In this document: piece after piece, positions 27,505-37,266 of the stretch | Position numbering within the stretch: position 1 is the first letter of the stretch | How the letters are laid out: the number at the start of each line of letters is the position of its first letter | DNA from: an uncultured Gammaproteobacteria bacterium | GTDB taxonomy: Bacteria; Patescibacteriota; Patescibacteriia; Magasanikbacterales; GWA2-37-8 | Assembly (NCBI GenBank): GCA_964619625.1 | Contig: CAZUFD010000002.1 | Coordinates: forward strand, 14,582-78,581 | Length of the DNA stretch: 64,000 bases | Direction of reading: 5' to 3' | The notes under the pieces: generated by a model | The model's input: the letters and a program-made list of their open reading frames with translations, nothing else | Database searches by the model: none | What the model was told of the DNA's origin: nothing | Translations under genes and position numbers: made by a program

Positions 27505-28038
27505 TTAGTTGTAAAAGTTAGAATACTTTTGTCTAAACTTTGCGAGCTTTGGAGCGATGACTGCCTGGCAATAGGCATGATCCGGATTTTTTTTAAAATA
27601 ATTTTGATGATAACTTTCCGCTTCGTAAAATTTCTCGAGCGGCAATACTTCGGTTACAAAAGGATCATCGTATGCTTTAGCTTGGGACAGTTCCGCAATT
27701 ATTTTTTCGGCCGCTTGTTTTTGTATGTCATTTTCATAAAAAATTACGGACCGGTATTGCGTACCAATGTCACTGCCCTGACGATTGCGCGTAGTCGGAT
27801 TATGAATTAAGAAAAAAATATGCAAAATATCATCCAGGGTTATGTGCGCCGGATCATAGGTAATTTTTACCACTTCCGCATGGCCGGTACTGCCGCCGCA
27901 CACTTGTTCATAAGATGGATTTACGGTCGTGCCGCCAGCATATCCCGAAACTGCCGATACTACTCCTTTGGTATGAGAATAGGCCGCTTCCACGCACCAA
28001 AAACAACCTCCGCCTAACACAATTGATTCTGGTTGCAT
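27505..28038 (-). CDS. msrA: Peptide methionine sulfoxide reductase MsrA
   Basis: Active-site GGGCFWCVEAAY near the N-terminus. Confidence 0.9.
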   Translation of the reverse strand: MQPESIVLGGGCFWCVEAAYSHTKGVVSAVSGYAGGTTVNPSYEQVCGGSTGHAEVVKITYDPAHITLDDILHIFFLIHNPTTRNRQGSDIGTQYRSVIFYENDIQKQAAEKIIAELSQAKAYDDPFVTEVLPLEKFYEAESYHQNYFKKNPDHAYCQAVIAPKLAKFRQKYSNFYN

Positions 28039-28100
28039 AAAAATTTTTAACTAAAAATGATTGCCTATATAGCAATCATTTTATCATTTTAATCAATTAT

Positions 28101-29363
28101 TTAATAGCGTCTGCGGAAATTTCTATTTCCACCGCTGCCGCCATGCGGTCGTCTTGGCGGAAAGTTGCCGCGGCGCTGATTTTCTTGTTCTTTAAAGAAA
28201 CTTGGCGCGGCATTGGCTCGGCGAGGCGGCAAAACCGGCAACGCCATAATCGGAATAGTTTTTTTAATGAGTCTTTCAATTTGTCGTATGTCTCCGCGTT
28301 CATCCGGCGAGGCAAAAGAAATAGCCTTGCCTAAATTATCCGCGCGGCCGGTACGGCCAATACGGTGAACATAATCTTCGGAGTTATCCGGTAGATCATA
28401 ATTTATTACAAGCGAGATGCCGGTTACATCAATACCGCGGGAAGCAATATCGGTTGCCACAAGCACTCGGTATTTTCCTCTCTTAAATCCCTCCAGAGCT
28501 TCCTTGCGCTGAGCCAGCGAACGATTAGAGTGGATTTCCGCGGCCGTATGGCCCATGCTGCGCACATTCATATTAATTCTTTTGGCGCCATGTTTAGTGC
28601 GGGAAAAAATCAACACCGAACCATTCGTTTCAGATAAAATTTTATCAAGTAATTGTGTTTTGGCATCTTTGTTTACAATAAACATTTCTTGTTCCACATT
28701 TTTTGAAGAAGTTCCAGCCGGAGCCACTTCAATGCGAAGCGGAATTTTCATATAGCGGCTGGCAATTTCGGCAATCGCTTTCGGCATGGTTGCTGAAAAC
28801 ATTAGCGTCTGTCTGTCGGTTGGCACCATTCCTAAAATTTGTTTGATTTGCGGCATAAAACCAATATCAAACATGCGATCGGCTTCATCAAGCACTACGA
28901 TCTTCATTCTATTTAAAGTTAGATTTCTTTGATCGATATGATCCATTAATCTACCTGGAGTAGAAACTATAATATGCGGACCACGAGCAAGCATCTGTCT
29001 TTGCTGGTAAGCAGAGGCTCCGCCAATAAGAACAGCGGTACGAAGACCCAAGGGGCGGCCGATAGTTTGTAGAACTTGGTCAACCTGCAAGGCAAGTTCA
29101 CGAGTAGGAAGTAAAATTAAACCCTGACCAGGACCTGTCATTTGGGACAAGATTTGGATCATAGGTATACCGAAAGCAAGTGTTTTACCAGTTCCAGTCT
29201 GAGCAATACCAACTATATCTTTGCCCTGCAAAGCTTGCGGTATACATTGGTGCTGAATAGGCGTAGGTACAACAAATTTCAACCTTTCTAGGTTGTCCAA
29301 AAGTTTTGGAGCGATGCCAAGATCGCTAAAACGACCTGGCGCTGGCGTGTTATGTGTCATCAT
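28101..29363 (-). CDS. DEAD-box ATP-dependent RNA helicase
   Basis: Q-motif PTPIQ, Walker A AQTGTGKT, DEAD, SAT, HRIGRTGR, and an Arg/Gly-rich C-terminal tail. Confidence 0.9.
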   Translation of the reverse strand: MMTHNTPAPGRFSDLGIAPKLLDNLERLKFVVPTPIQHQCIPQALQGKDIVGIAQTGTGKTLAFGIPMIQILSQMTGPGQGLILLPTRELALQVDQVLQTIGRPLGLRTAVLIGGASAYQQRQMLARGPHIIVSTPGRLMDHIDQRNLTLNRMKIVVLDEADRMFDIGFMPQIKQILGMVPTDRQTLMFSATMPKAIAEIASRYMKIPLRIEVAPAGTSSKNVEQEMFIVNKDAKTQLLDKILSETNGSVLIFSRTKHGAKRINMNVRSMGHTAAEIHSNRSLAQRKEALEGFKRGKYRVLVATDIASRGIDVTGISLVINYDLPDNSEDYVHRIGRTGRADNLGKAISFASPDERGDIRQIERLIKKTIPIMALPVLPPRRANAAPSFFKEQENQRRGNFPPRRPHGGSGGNRNFRRRY

Positions 29364-29557
29364 ATATTGATGTTAGTGACCCGATTAACTTATAGGGCCA
29401 CATAATGACACATAAAGAGATCCGAGTCCTTGGCTTGCTTATAGCTTAGCCATTGATTAATGAAAAATTAGTATAACACAAAAACAGTCCTTTGTCAACC
29501 CTAGAACATAAAAAGCACGCCAATCGGCATGCTTTTTACTAAAAGTTTAGAAGTTGA

Positions 29558-29812
29558 TTAGGAAAGGTGTTTGGAAACGAGTTTAGTCATTTCAAACATA
29601 TTTACCATTGCTTTTCCGCCAAATACTACTTTCAAAGCATCATCGGCATTGATATTGCGTTTATTTTTTTGATCCTGAAGACCCTTTTCTTTAATATAAG
29701 CCCAGAGTTTTTTAACCACTTCAGAGCGTGGCATTGGACCTTTTCCCACTACTACAGCGAGTTCTGCGCTGATAGTCATCGGCTTCATGAAAGCCGCGTT
29801 TGCTTTTGGCAT
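29558..29812 (-). CDS. SWIB/MDM2-domain protein
   Basis: 84 aa. The pattern ISAELAVVVG...RSEVVKKLWAYIKEKGLQD..NKR.I..DD.L matches the SWIB fold family. Confidence 0.75.
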   Translation of the reverse strand: MPKANAAFMKPMTISAELAVVVGKGPMPRSEVVKKLWAYIKEKGLQDQKNKRNINADDALKVVFGGKAMVNMFEMTKLVSKHLS

Positions 29813-29889
29813 AGACTTTGTTTATGAATTAAATAGTTAAATTACTAGATATAATGATAGCATACCCTGCAAAAAATGCAACAAGGGGC

Positions 29890-30645
29890 TTATTTCATTT
29901 TAATATTTCGCACAACTGTCCATTGCATCACTGCAAACAGCACTACCGAAAGACCAAGAATAACCAAAAAAGAAAATAACGGATTTACATCGCTATAACC
30001 GGTAATGGCATAGCGGAAAAAATTAACATTGTGATGAATCGGGTTAAACAAACTCACTGTATTCCACGGAGCCGGTAATGTAGCCACCGGATAAAACACG
30101 CCAGCCAAAAATATCATAGGCTGCATCACAAACGTATTCATAAATGTTAAAGCTTCAAAATTTTTGGCCAAAAAACCAAACGCCACGCCAAGCATGCCAA
30201 ATTCAAGGCCCGTTAAAAATAATGCTGCCACAAGCGCCAGCGGATGCGCGGGAATCCCCATGGCCGGAATAAACCAAACCGTGCCGACAACTGCGATAAG
30301 CACCGTAGTTACCCCACGAGTAAGAGCTGCAAAAGCATAGGCCACGCCAATTCTCCAGGCTGGAATTGGCGCAAGCTGTATATCTATCATATTGCCCAAA
30401 TTTCTCGCGATTACAAGCGCAAATGATGGATTAGAAAAACTGGTGTTTACAATAAGCATGGCGAGAAGTCCTGTATATACAAATGTTAAGTATGGCAAAG
30501 AACCTATTTCACGTCCTGAAGTTACAATTCCAAACACACCTAAATATAGACCAATGGAGACAATCGGGTTAAATACGGTATCAATCCAAATTTTTTGGAA
30601 TCGCTTTACTTCTCTGGCATACAGCGCCCACATGTTTGTTTGCAT
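29890..30645 (-). CDS. ABC-2 family transporter permease
   Basis: Six predicted TM helices. Sits directly downstream of an ABC ATPase gene. Confidence 0.8.
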   Translation of the reverse strand: MQTNMWALYAREVKRFQKIWIDTVFNPIVSIGLYLGVFGIVTSGREIGSLPYLTFVYTGLLAMLIVNTSFSNPSFALVIARNLGNMIDIQLAPIPAWRIGVAYAFAALTRGVTTVLIAVVGTVWFIPAMGIPAHPLALVAALFLTGLEFGMLGVAFGFLAKNFEALTFMNTFVMQPMIFLAGVFYPVATLPAPWNTVSLFNPIHHNVNFFRYAITGYSDVNPLFSFLVILGLSVVLFAVMQWTVVRNIKMK

Positions 30646-30668
30646 AGTTTTTTACAAAATACTAAATA

Positions 30669-31571
30669 CTAATTGCCAGTCAATTTCAAAAAGATATGTT
30701 CAAGCGAAGCCGCTTCGGATCGGATTGATTTTAAATTATGATTGTAATGGCTGGTGAGTTTGGCCATATCGGTTGCTAAATCCGTAGTGATTGGAAATTC
30801 GTATTCCACTCCCACTTCCGAAACTCCGGCAAGCGGCGCGGCATTGCGGTCAAACAATTCAAAGTGAATTGTATTTTTGGAAAATTCCTGTTGAATATCT
30901 TTGAGCCGTCCGCTTTTAATAAGTTTGCCGTGATTGATAAGCGCGATTGATTCACAAAGCTGCTCGGCTTCTTCCAAATAATGCGTGGTAAACAAAATCG
31001 TTGTGCCTTCAGCATTAAGCCGCTGCACCAAACTCCAAATTTTTTGTCGCAAACTTACATCCACACCCGCGGTCGGCTCATCTAAAATCACTAGTTTTGG
31101 ACGATGTAAAATTGCTTTGGCAACCATTAGTCTGCGTTTCATGCCGCCTGATAAATTACGCGCGCGTTCATGTATTTTATCTTCCAAACCCAAATCTTCC
31201 AACACAGTTTTAATCCTAGCTTTGCGTTCGCCGCGCGGCACACCATACATGCCGCTAAAATAATACAAGACTTCTTCCACCGTAAAGGCCATTTCCATGA
31301 CAATTTCCTGCGGCACAACACCGATAAGCTGTTTAGTTTTGTTTGATTCTTTTACAACATCTAAACCAAACAATTCAATACTCCCCTGGTTTGGCAACAA
31401 GAGTCCGCTAATCATGTTAATAAGCGTAGACTTACCCGCTCCGTTTGGACCCAAGAGTCCGTAAATTTTTCCTGGTTCAATATCCAAAGAAACACCGTCT
31501 ACGGCTTTAAACTCCTGGCCTTTAGGATTTTTAAAAATTTTAGAAACATTATTTATACGCAGCGGCAACAT
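30669..31571 (-). CDS. ABC transporter ATP-binding protein
   Basis: Walker A GLLGPNGAGKST, signature LSGGMKRRL, Walker B ILDEPT. Confidence 0.9.
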   Translation of the reverse strand: MLPLRINNVSKIFKNPKGQEFKAVDGVSLDIEPGKIYGLLGPNGAGKSTLINMISGLLLPNQGSIELFGLDVVKESNKTKQLIGVVPQEIVMEMAFTVEEVLYYFSGMYGVPRGERKARIKTVLEDLGLEDKIHERARNLSGGMKRRLMVAKAILHRPKLVILDEPTAGVDVSLRQKIWSLVQRLNAEGTTILFTTHYLEEAEQLCESIALINHGKLIKSGRLKDIQQEFSKNTIHFELFDRNAAPLAGVSEVGVEYEFPITTDLATDMAKLTSHYNHNLKSIRSEAASLEHIFLKLTGN

Positions 31572-31644
31572 ACAAGATAATTAATATAAGCACTTATTGT
31601 AGCACAAGAAAACAATTAAGACTAGGGTGTTATATAGAGAATTC

Positions 31645-31681
31645 ATTAAAAATACGAACGCACCGATGGGTATCGGTGCGT
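31645..31681 (-). terminator. Intrinsic terminator downstream of the metzincin gene
   Basis: 10-bp stem ACGCACCGAT / ATCGGTGCGT with loop GGGT, followed on the minus strand by TTCGTATTTTTAATG. Confidence 0.55.
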
Positions 31682-31741
31682 ACTAACTTATGAGCGACTC
31701 TTCGTCAGGGACGAGCGAGTAGCATCACTAGGGTTGAACCA

Positions 31742-32401
31742 CTAATCGTTGAGGCAGTGGAACTTGGCAGGCGCGAGGCGGTCGTAGGTGTCCTCTGCCA
31801 GTCTGGCTGCGGGAGCATAGTAGTTGGGGTCGCAGCTTGCGTGGCTGCAGATCTCATCCACATCTGCTCCGGTCAGACGGACGCTGGTAGGACGCGACGT
31901 CAGGACTCCTTCCTGATCATCTCCTAGGTGTCCGGCACCGAGTGCATGGCCCATTTCGTGAGCCGCAACGTTCTGCATCATCCATGTGCACGAGGTGTTG
32001 GGAGGACAGGTACCGTTGCCGTAGATGAAGATGTTGTCCCCATCATACTCACCGGCCAACCAGTCGCTCTCGTCAGAACGCGCTCCTTCCCACAGATCTC
32101 TACCGTCTTGCGTTGGGTAGTTCTCGTAGATCCAGTAGATACACCGGACCCCGTTGTTCTCCCCGCTGCCGTAGAGACCGGGCTTCTCGCCATCGTAGGC
32201 AAGGAACTGGTTCTCGTTCTCGTATCGCGCGTTGGCGTTGATGTCGGCAATCGCGGCCTTGATCTGATCGATCTGAGGCTGATGCCAACCGCCGCAGGCA
32301 TAGACCGTAATGGTCTGCTGCTTCTCCACCTCTTCTAGAGGCGGCGCTCCTGCACAGGCTGCCAGCACTGTGAAGAAGAACAGAAGAATGAAAGTCTTCA
32401 T
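31742..32401 (-). CDS. Lipoprotein zinc metalloprotease of the metzincin type (HExxHxxGxxH)
   Basis: RBS GGGGAGA upstream of MKTFILLFFFTVLAACAG (lipobox LAAC). Zinc-binding motif HEMGHALGAGH. GC content is much higher than the background. Several antisense shadow ORFs lie inside it. Confidence 0.8.
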   Translation of the reverse strand: MKTFILLFFFTVLAACAGAPPLEEVEKQQTITVYACGGWHQPQIDQIKAAIADINANARYENENQFLAYDGEKPGLYGSGENNGVRCIYWIYENYPTQDGRDLWEGARSDESDWLAGEYDGDNIFIYGNGTCPPNTSCTWMMQNVAAHEMGHALGAGHLGDDQEGVLTSRPTSVRLTGADVDEICSHASCDPNYYAPAARLAEDTYDRLAPAKFHCLND

Positions 32402-32540
32402 GGTCTTGTCTCCCCAGGCTAAGCCTGTTTTTTGGTTGTGTAAGAACGAAACTAGACACGATAATATACCCGCATTATACCACAAAACAGGGCTTTTGTC
32501 AAGCCCCTTACGCTATTATTTTGGCTAACTTTAGATAAAA

Positions 32541-34949
32541 TTAGTCTTCATCTGCCAACTCAACCCCAGCCGGATCAAGGCCACGTTTGGCCGGGCCGTG
32601 CAAAAGAGAACCATCTTTATTAAACCTAGAGCCGTGGCATGGACAATCCCAAGTTTTCGCATCATCATTCCAGCCAATAGTACAGCCAAGGTGCGGGCAA
32701 ACCGCCGAAAATGTTTGCACCTTTCCACCAGTTTTAACTACCGCCACTTTTTTACCCTCCAATTCCACCACCTCACCTTTGTCCTCCTGCAAATTAGCAA
32801 ATTTTTTATCTTTTTTCATAATTGAAATGTTGGTTTTATTATTTTTTGGCCAAACCAAAGTTCGGTCGCAAGCAAACAAAGTTTGAAAAGAATTAGTTTT
32901 ATTCATTACCAAATCCGCGGCTATGCTGCCACCAAAAAATCCTTGGGCTGTGCCATTGCCCGCCCAGCCGGTTAGAAAAATAACATTATTGCCATAAGCC
33001 GAATGCGGACCAACCAAAGGCAAGGTATCGGCCGTAGAAAAAATAGATCCTTGCCAGCTATTTATTATGTTAAACTGATTTTTCTCTCCCGCCAAATCTC
33101 GTAGCCACGTTTCCAATTTTTCATGCGGATTTCCTTTTGGTTTTGGTTCGTCTACAAACCAATCCTCGCCGCCCAAAAGAAATTCACTTTCCCCTACCGA
33201 ACGAAAATAATGATATGGATCTAAATCGTCGCAAAAAAATCCATTTCGCAGCGGCGGCTGGCCGGAAAACTTTATATCAATGACATAACTTATAGAACTG
33301 CGAATAAGGCTAGCGACTTTTGAAAAAAATTTATTAGATGGAATACCGGTTGCAACGATAAGTTTTTCTGTCACTATACCCCCCTCTTTGGTTTTTAAAT
33401 TGATTGTATCTCCCAAAGAAATATCTGTTACTTCGCTGTTTTCAAAAAATACCGCGCCATTTTTTACGGCCTTCTCCGCCAAAGCCAATAAAAATTTACG
33501 GATATGAAAAATACCGTCTGAATTATGCCTGCGATACGCTTGGCTTATTCCAACTCCCAACGCTCTGCTTGCTTTATCTTTATCTAACACCTCAAACCCG
33601 GAATCTTTTTCTTTAAGCCGATTAAAAGTTTTAGAAAAATCTGCTAATGATTTTTTATCTGTTTGCTTTGTAAAACAAAACGCATCAATATCCTGCCAGT
33701 CGCAATTAATTTTTTCTTCAACGATTGTTTTTTTAAATAAACTAATCGCAACATCGCTCGCCTCCCAAGCTTTTAAAGTCGCATCTATGTTTTCTAAAAA
33801 CCTGGTGGCACAGGCGGTAGAGTAGCCTGAATCTCCGCTGCCAATCGTGCCCGCCTCAACCACGGCCACTTTAACTCCGGCTTTAGATAAAAAATATGCG
33901 GCCGAAACTCCGGCCATTCCCCCGCCGACAACAACCGCATCAAAATTATTATCGCCTTTAAGCGTCGGAAAACGCGCTGTTGCCGGAACATCTCTAAACC
34001 AATAAGAAGGCTCATCTGAAATTTTTGCTACCTCTTTGCCACACGAACAATGTACGCATTTTTTCTGTTTCTCTTTGCCGAGCCCGCCTGCAACGCTTGC
34101 GCCGGCATTACGGGCAGGCAAAAACCACAAACTGGCAACCAGATTTCCGACGAGCAGTCCGTATACTAACGGATCAAAACTAAATAAATTAAATGTACGA
34201 GTTAGATACGTCATAACCACTGCCGCCACCGCCACCAAAGCCGCATAAAATATTTCTTGTTTTTTATTAACAAAGATTGAAGTCAAAGGCTCAACCAGCA
34301 TGACCGTAGCAAAGAAAAGCACTACTCCGGTAAGTAAATTGGCAGACAGCAGCCGTGGTAATAAATTTATAGTTACACCATCCGCAACAGATAAAACACT
34401 AAAGGCAGCCGCATACACAAGCAAAAATGTTCCGGTGATATGCCAGCGATTTTGCTTCCAAAGAATAATAAGCGCGGCCAAAACGATAAAAATAAATAAC
34501 AAAACTGCTGGGTCAAACAAATTAAATTTTACGAGTGACGGCACTTGAGCTGCGGCCACAGCCCACCAAGCGGCAATGGGCGTAAAAATACCCACAATCG
34601 CCAAGGCGCTGGAGGCCGGATTAAACACGTGGCGATTTTTACCAAAATGAAGCATCTGTTTGGTGGCCACGGCCAAGAGCGGCAGAAGAATAATAAAAAT
34701 CCAGCGCGGATTGGGTAAAGCGACAATCGCTAAAACAAATCCAGATATCCACGATGAAACCGGAAGATACCAAACTCGGTCGCGAACATAAGTCCAAAAC
34801 AAATCGTACAATGAATAAAGCAATACAATTAAAAGACTGCTGCCAAACATTTTCAAATCTTTAAAATATAAAGATGAAAACAAAAGCAACAGGCCCAAAT
34901 AAAAAACCATGAAATATTTAATCGGCAAACGATTCTTTAAACTGACCAT
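32541..34949 (-). CDS. Fusion protein: RnfD/NqrB-like polytopic membrane domain + FAD-dependent (DAO-family) oxidoreductase + C-terminal Rieske [2Fe-2S] domain
   Basis: The N-terminal ~300 aa have ~8 TM helices and the RnfD/NqrB blocks [22 protein letters not shown] and [10 protein letters not shown]. The centre has a GxGxxG Rossmann fold ([22 protein letters not shown]) of glycine-oxidase/DAO type. The C-terminus has Rieske boxes CPHLGC ... CPCHGS, including the second Cys of each box as in bc1/b6f-type Rieske clusters. Confidence 0.85.
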   Translation of the reverse strand: [802 protein letters not shown]

Positions 34950-34970
34950 AATCCGAGTTTTGCAAAATTA

Positions 34971-35537
34971 CTACTTAACAATAACTGTGCCGCGCATGGA
35001 ACCATGGAAAGAGCACGTATAATTATAGGTACCGGCCGAAGTAAACGTGTGGCTAAATGTTTGCCCAGAAGACATGGCACCGCTACTGAACGAACCGTTG
35101 TCGGCAGTGACTGTGTGTGGCGCGCCGTCGTTATTGGTCCAAGTTATAGTATCACCTGCGGAAATCGTAATACTGTTTGGTTGGAAAGAAAATCCAGCAA
35201 TAACGGCGCTAACTTTTTTAGGCGCAGGCGTTGGCGCAGGCGTTGGAGTTGGTTGAGGAGTTGGAACCGGAGCGCTTTGTGTAGGCTGGTCTGGGGCGGT
35301 GGACGGCTCAGATTTGGTTGGCGCGGTATCGGTCGGCTTGCTTGCCGGTTCGCTGGCAGATGAAACAGCTGGGGCAGATGTTGGCAAACTTCCACCAGCT
35401 GGTTCTGACGAAGGCTGGCCTTGCGTAGGCGCAACTACGGCATCTGTATTTGTACTTGTGTCTGATTTAACACAACCGGCACCCATTAACACTACGCCTA
35501 CGAGCGCTGCTAACAAAGAAAGTTTTGTTTTATACAT
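34971..35537 (-). CDS. Lipoprotein cupredoxin (plastocyanin/amicyanin-like type-1 blue copper protein)
   Basis: Lipobox LMGAGC, a Pro/Thr/Ala-rich linker, and C-terminal cupredoxin ligands in the pattern H (APHTV) ... C-x2-H-x4-M (YTCSFHGSMRGTV). Confidence 0.85.
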   Translation of the reverse strand: MYKTKLSLLAALVGVVLMGAGCVKSDTSTNTDAVVAPTQGQPSSEPAGGSLPTSAPAVSSASEPASKPTDTAPTKSEPSTAPDQPTQSAPVPTPQPTPTPAPTPAPKKVSAVIAGFSFQPNSITISAGDTITWTNNDGAPHTVTADNGSFSSGAMSSGQTFSHTFTSAGTYNYTCSFHGSMRGTVIVK

Positions 35538-35580
35538 AATAAAATTAATTAAAAAACACTTTTATATTATACACGCAAAA

Positions 35581-35991
35581 TTATCTAAGGAAAAATCTAT
35601 GGGTTTGCCTATAAGACAAACGATATAAGAAAGTTAAGGCAAACCAATATGCGCTATGCTCAAGGTTTATAAACCCGCGAAAATTAAACGGACTGGCAGT
35701 ATAATCCCACAAACGATAATCAAGCAAAGACAGAGACACGATTCCGCCAAAAAGCTCTAGAACCACACATAAAATTGTGCCAACAAATATACTGGGCCAA
35801 AACTTTAATCTGGCAAATCTAAAAAGTACAAAAAGCATTACCGCGGCCATGCCATAGATAAGAGAAAAATATGGCACCAGTGTGCCGGGCGAGTATTTTC
35901 CAGCATAAAAAGTGCGGTAGGCAGTATCTATCCCCCAGCCGAAAATTCCTCCGCCAATAAAAATCTTTGCATATAACAATACCTGACGCAT
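35581..35991 (-). CDS. Hypothetical integral membrane protein
   Basis: 136 aa with four predicted TM helices. Confidence 0.5.
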   Translation of the reverse strand: MRQVLLYAKIFIGGGIFGWGIDTAYRTFYAGKYSPGTLVPYFSLIYGMAAVMLFVLFRFARLKFWPSIFVGTILCVVLELFGGIVSLSLLDYRLWDYTASPFNFRGFINLEHSAYWFALTFLYRLSYRQTHRFFLR

Positions 35992-36012
35992 AGAGGGAAA
36001 AACTTATCGCGA

Positions 36013-37164
36013 TTATTGTTTTTTAATTAACGTCTTATTCACCCACTGACCATCGCCAATTCTATACCAACCTGTCTTTTCTTCAAGAATACGAACAGTC
36101 ATATTTTTATTTATTTTTGTAACTACGGAATATTTTGTAGCTGGGCCACTACGAACATTTAATCCATTGGTTGTCGGATTGCCTCGTCCAAGCAATGTGG
36201 AAGCTCCCATCATCAGCGGCAAGGTGCGGCTTGGTTCTACAAAATATTGTCCGGGTAAATTATAGCCACAGCTAGCGCTTCCTCCCCCATCTGCTTGCAA
36301 TTGATTTTCTTCTGGAACTCCCGCGGCCGAAAGCGCACGACTGGCCTCACCCACCGTAGCCGATTGGCTGCAATAAATAACAAGCTCCTGTTTGTTTGGC
36401 ATAACTCCAATAAACAAACGGGCCGTACCCACACCATCACTTTTACTAACATCGGGTGCCAAACTTTCAAACGCCTGATCACCGCTTGCGGTACCCACAA
36501 AAACATCCGCGTCAAATTGTTGGATATTGGCCCGACCAGTGCGGTTGTTAATGAGTAACATACGACGGGAACTCGCTATATCAAAATCCGGACGACTGCC
36601 GCTGGAAATAACGGTGGTGGTGCCAACCGTATATTTAAGCGCCATACTTAAATCGGATGTTGGCAAGGTAATATTAAAAAATGGCGCGTTCCAGACAAAC
36701 TTATTATCTTTAGATACTCCCTTGCCCTGTTCGGCAACAAATCGCGGGAAGGCAAAATTATGATACGGACTTGCCACTGACACGGGCGGTGTTATAACGG
36801 GCGTAGAAGTTTGCGCGCTTCCAAATGGATCTTCAGTGGTAGTTGGAGTAACAACTGCTGGCGTTGAATACCCAACATCAATAGCAGTTACAAATGGGGC
36901 GTTAATTTGTCCCCAATCTAACGGTTCGCTGCTGGTGGAAAAAATAAATTCAATTTCGTTTTGGGGCAGATAAATACGAGTGATAAAATCCAACGAACCG
37001 TTACCGGCTGGTGCTTTAAAATAACTGGCAATTCCCTGCGCTTTAGCCCAGGTAATCGGCGTGTACCCTTCTGGTGTAGCCGGTTTCCAAGCGGCGGCAC
37101 TGGCGCTAAGTGGAGCTAAAAGCAAAACGAAAAACGCAAAAAGGCTAAAAGATATTTTTTGCAT
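36013..37164 (-). CDS. Secreted phosphodiester-glycosidase-family (NAGPA-like) protein with a C-terminal SH3b domain
   Basis: Signal peptide. The ADGGGSASCG motif is typical of the phosphodiester glycosidase family. The C-terminal LNVRSGPATKYSVVTKINKNMTVRILEEKTGWYRI resembles bacterial SH3 (SH3_3). Confidence 0.65.
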   Translation of the reverse strand: MQKISFSLFAFFVLLLAPLSASAAAWKPATPEGYTPITWAKAQGIASYFKAPAGNGSLDFITRIYLPQNEIEFIFSTSSEPLDWGQINAPFVTAIDVGYSTPAVVTPTTTEDPFGSAQTSTPVITPPVSVASPYHNFAFPRFVAEQGKGVSKDNKFVWNAPFFNITLPTSDLSMALKYTVGTTTVISSGSRPDFDIASSRRMLLINNRTGRANIQQFDADVFVGTASGDQAFESLAPDVSKSDGVGTARLFIGVMPNKQELVIYCSQSATVGEASRALSAAGVPEENQLQADGGGSASCGYNLPGQYFVEPSRTLPLMMGASTLLGRGNPTTNGLNVRSGPATKYSVVTKINKNMTVRILEEKTGWYRIGDGQWVNKTLIKKQ

Positions 37165-37266
37165 AAAAAAATATTAAAAATTAGTTCTTGTATTATAACA
37201 CAGAATAAAAAGAAAAGCTTAAATTTAGATGTAAAAGTATTTGACGTATAATTAATAGACTAAATC

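Noticed and set aside
31928-32459. Three overlapping ORFs (31928..32338 +, 31978..32301 -, 32100..32459 -) inside the metzincin gene.
   Set aside because: These are shadow ORFs caused by high GC. Only the 31742..32401 minus frame has a lipoprotein signal, an RBS and the HExxHxxGxxH motif.
35004-35628. Four overlapping ORFs antisense to or out of frame with the cupredoxin gene.
   Set aside because: The GC/Pro-rich linker region produces open frames. Only the minus-strand frame yields a lipobox plus a complete type-1 copper ligand set.
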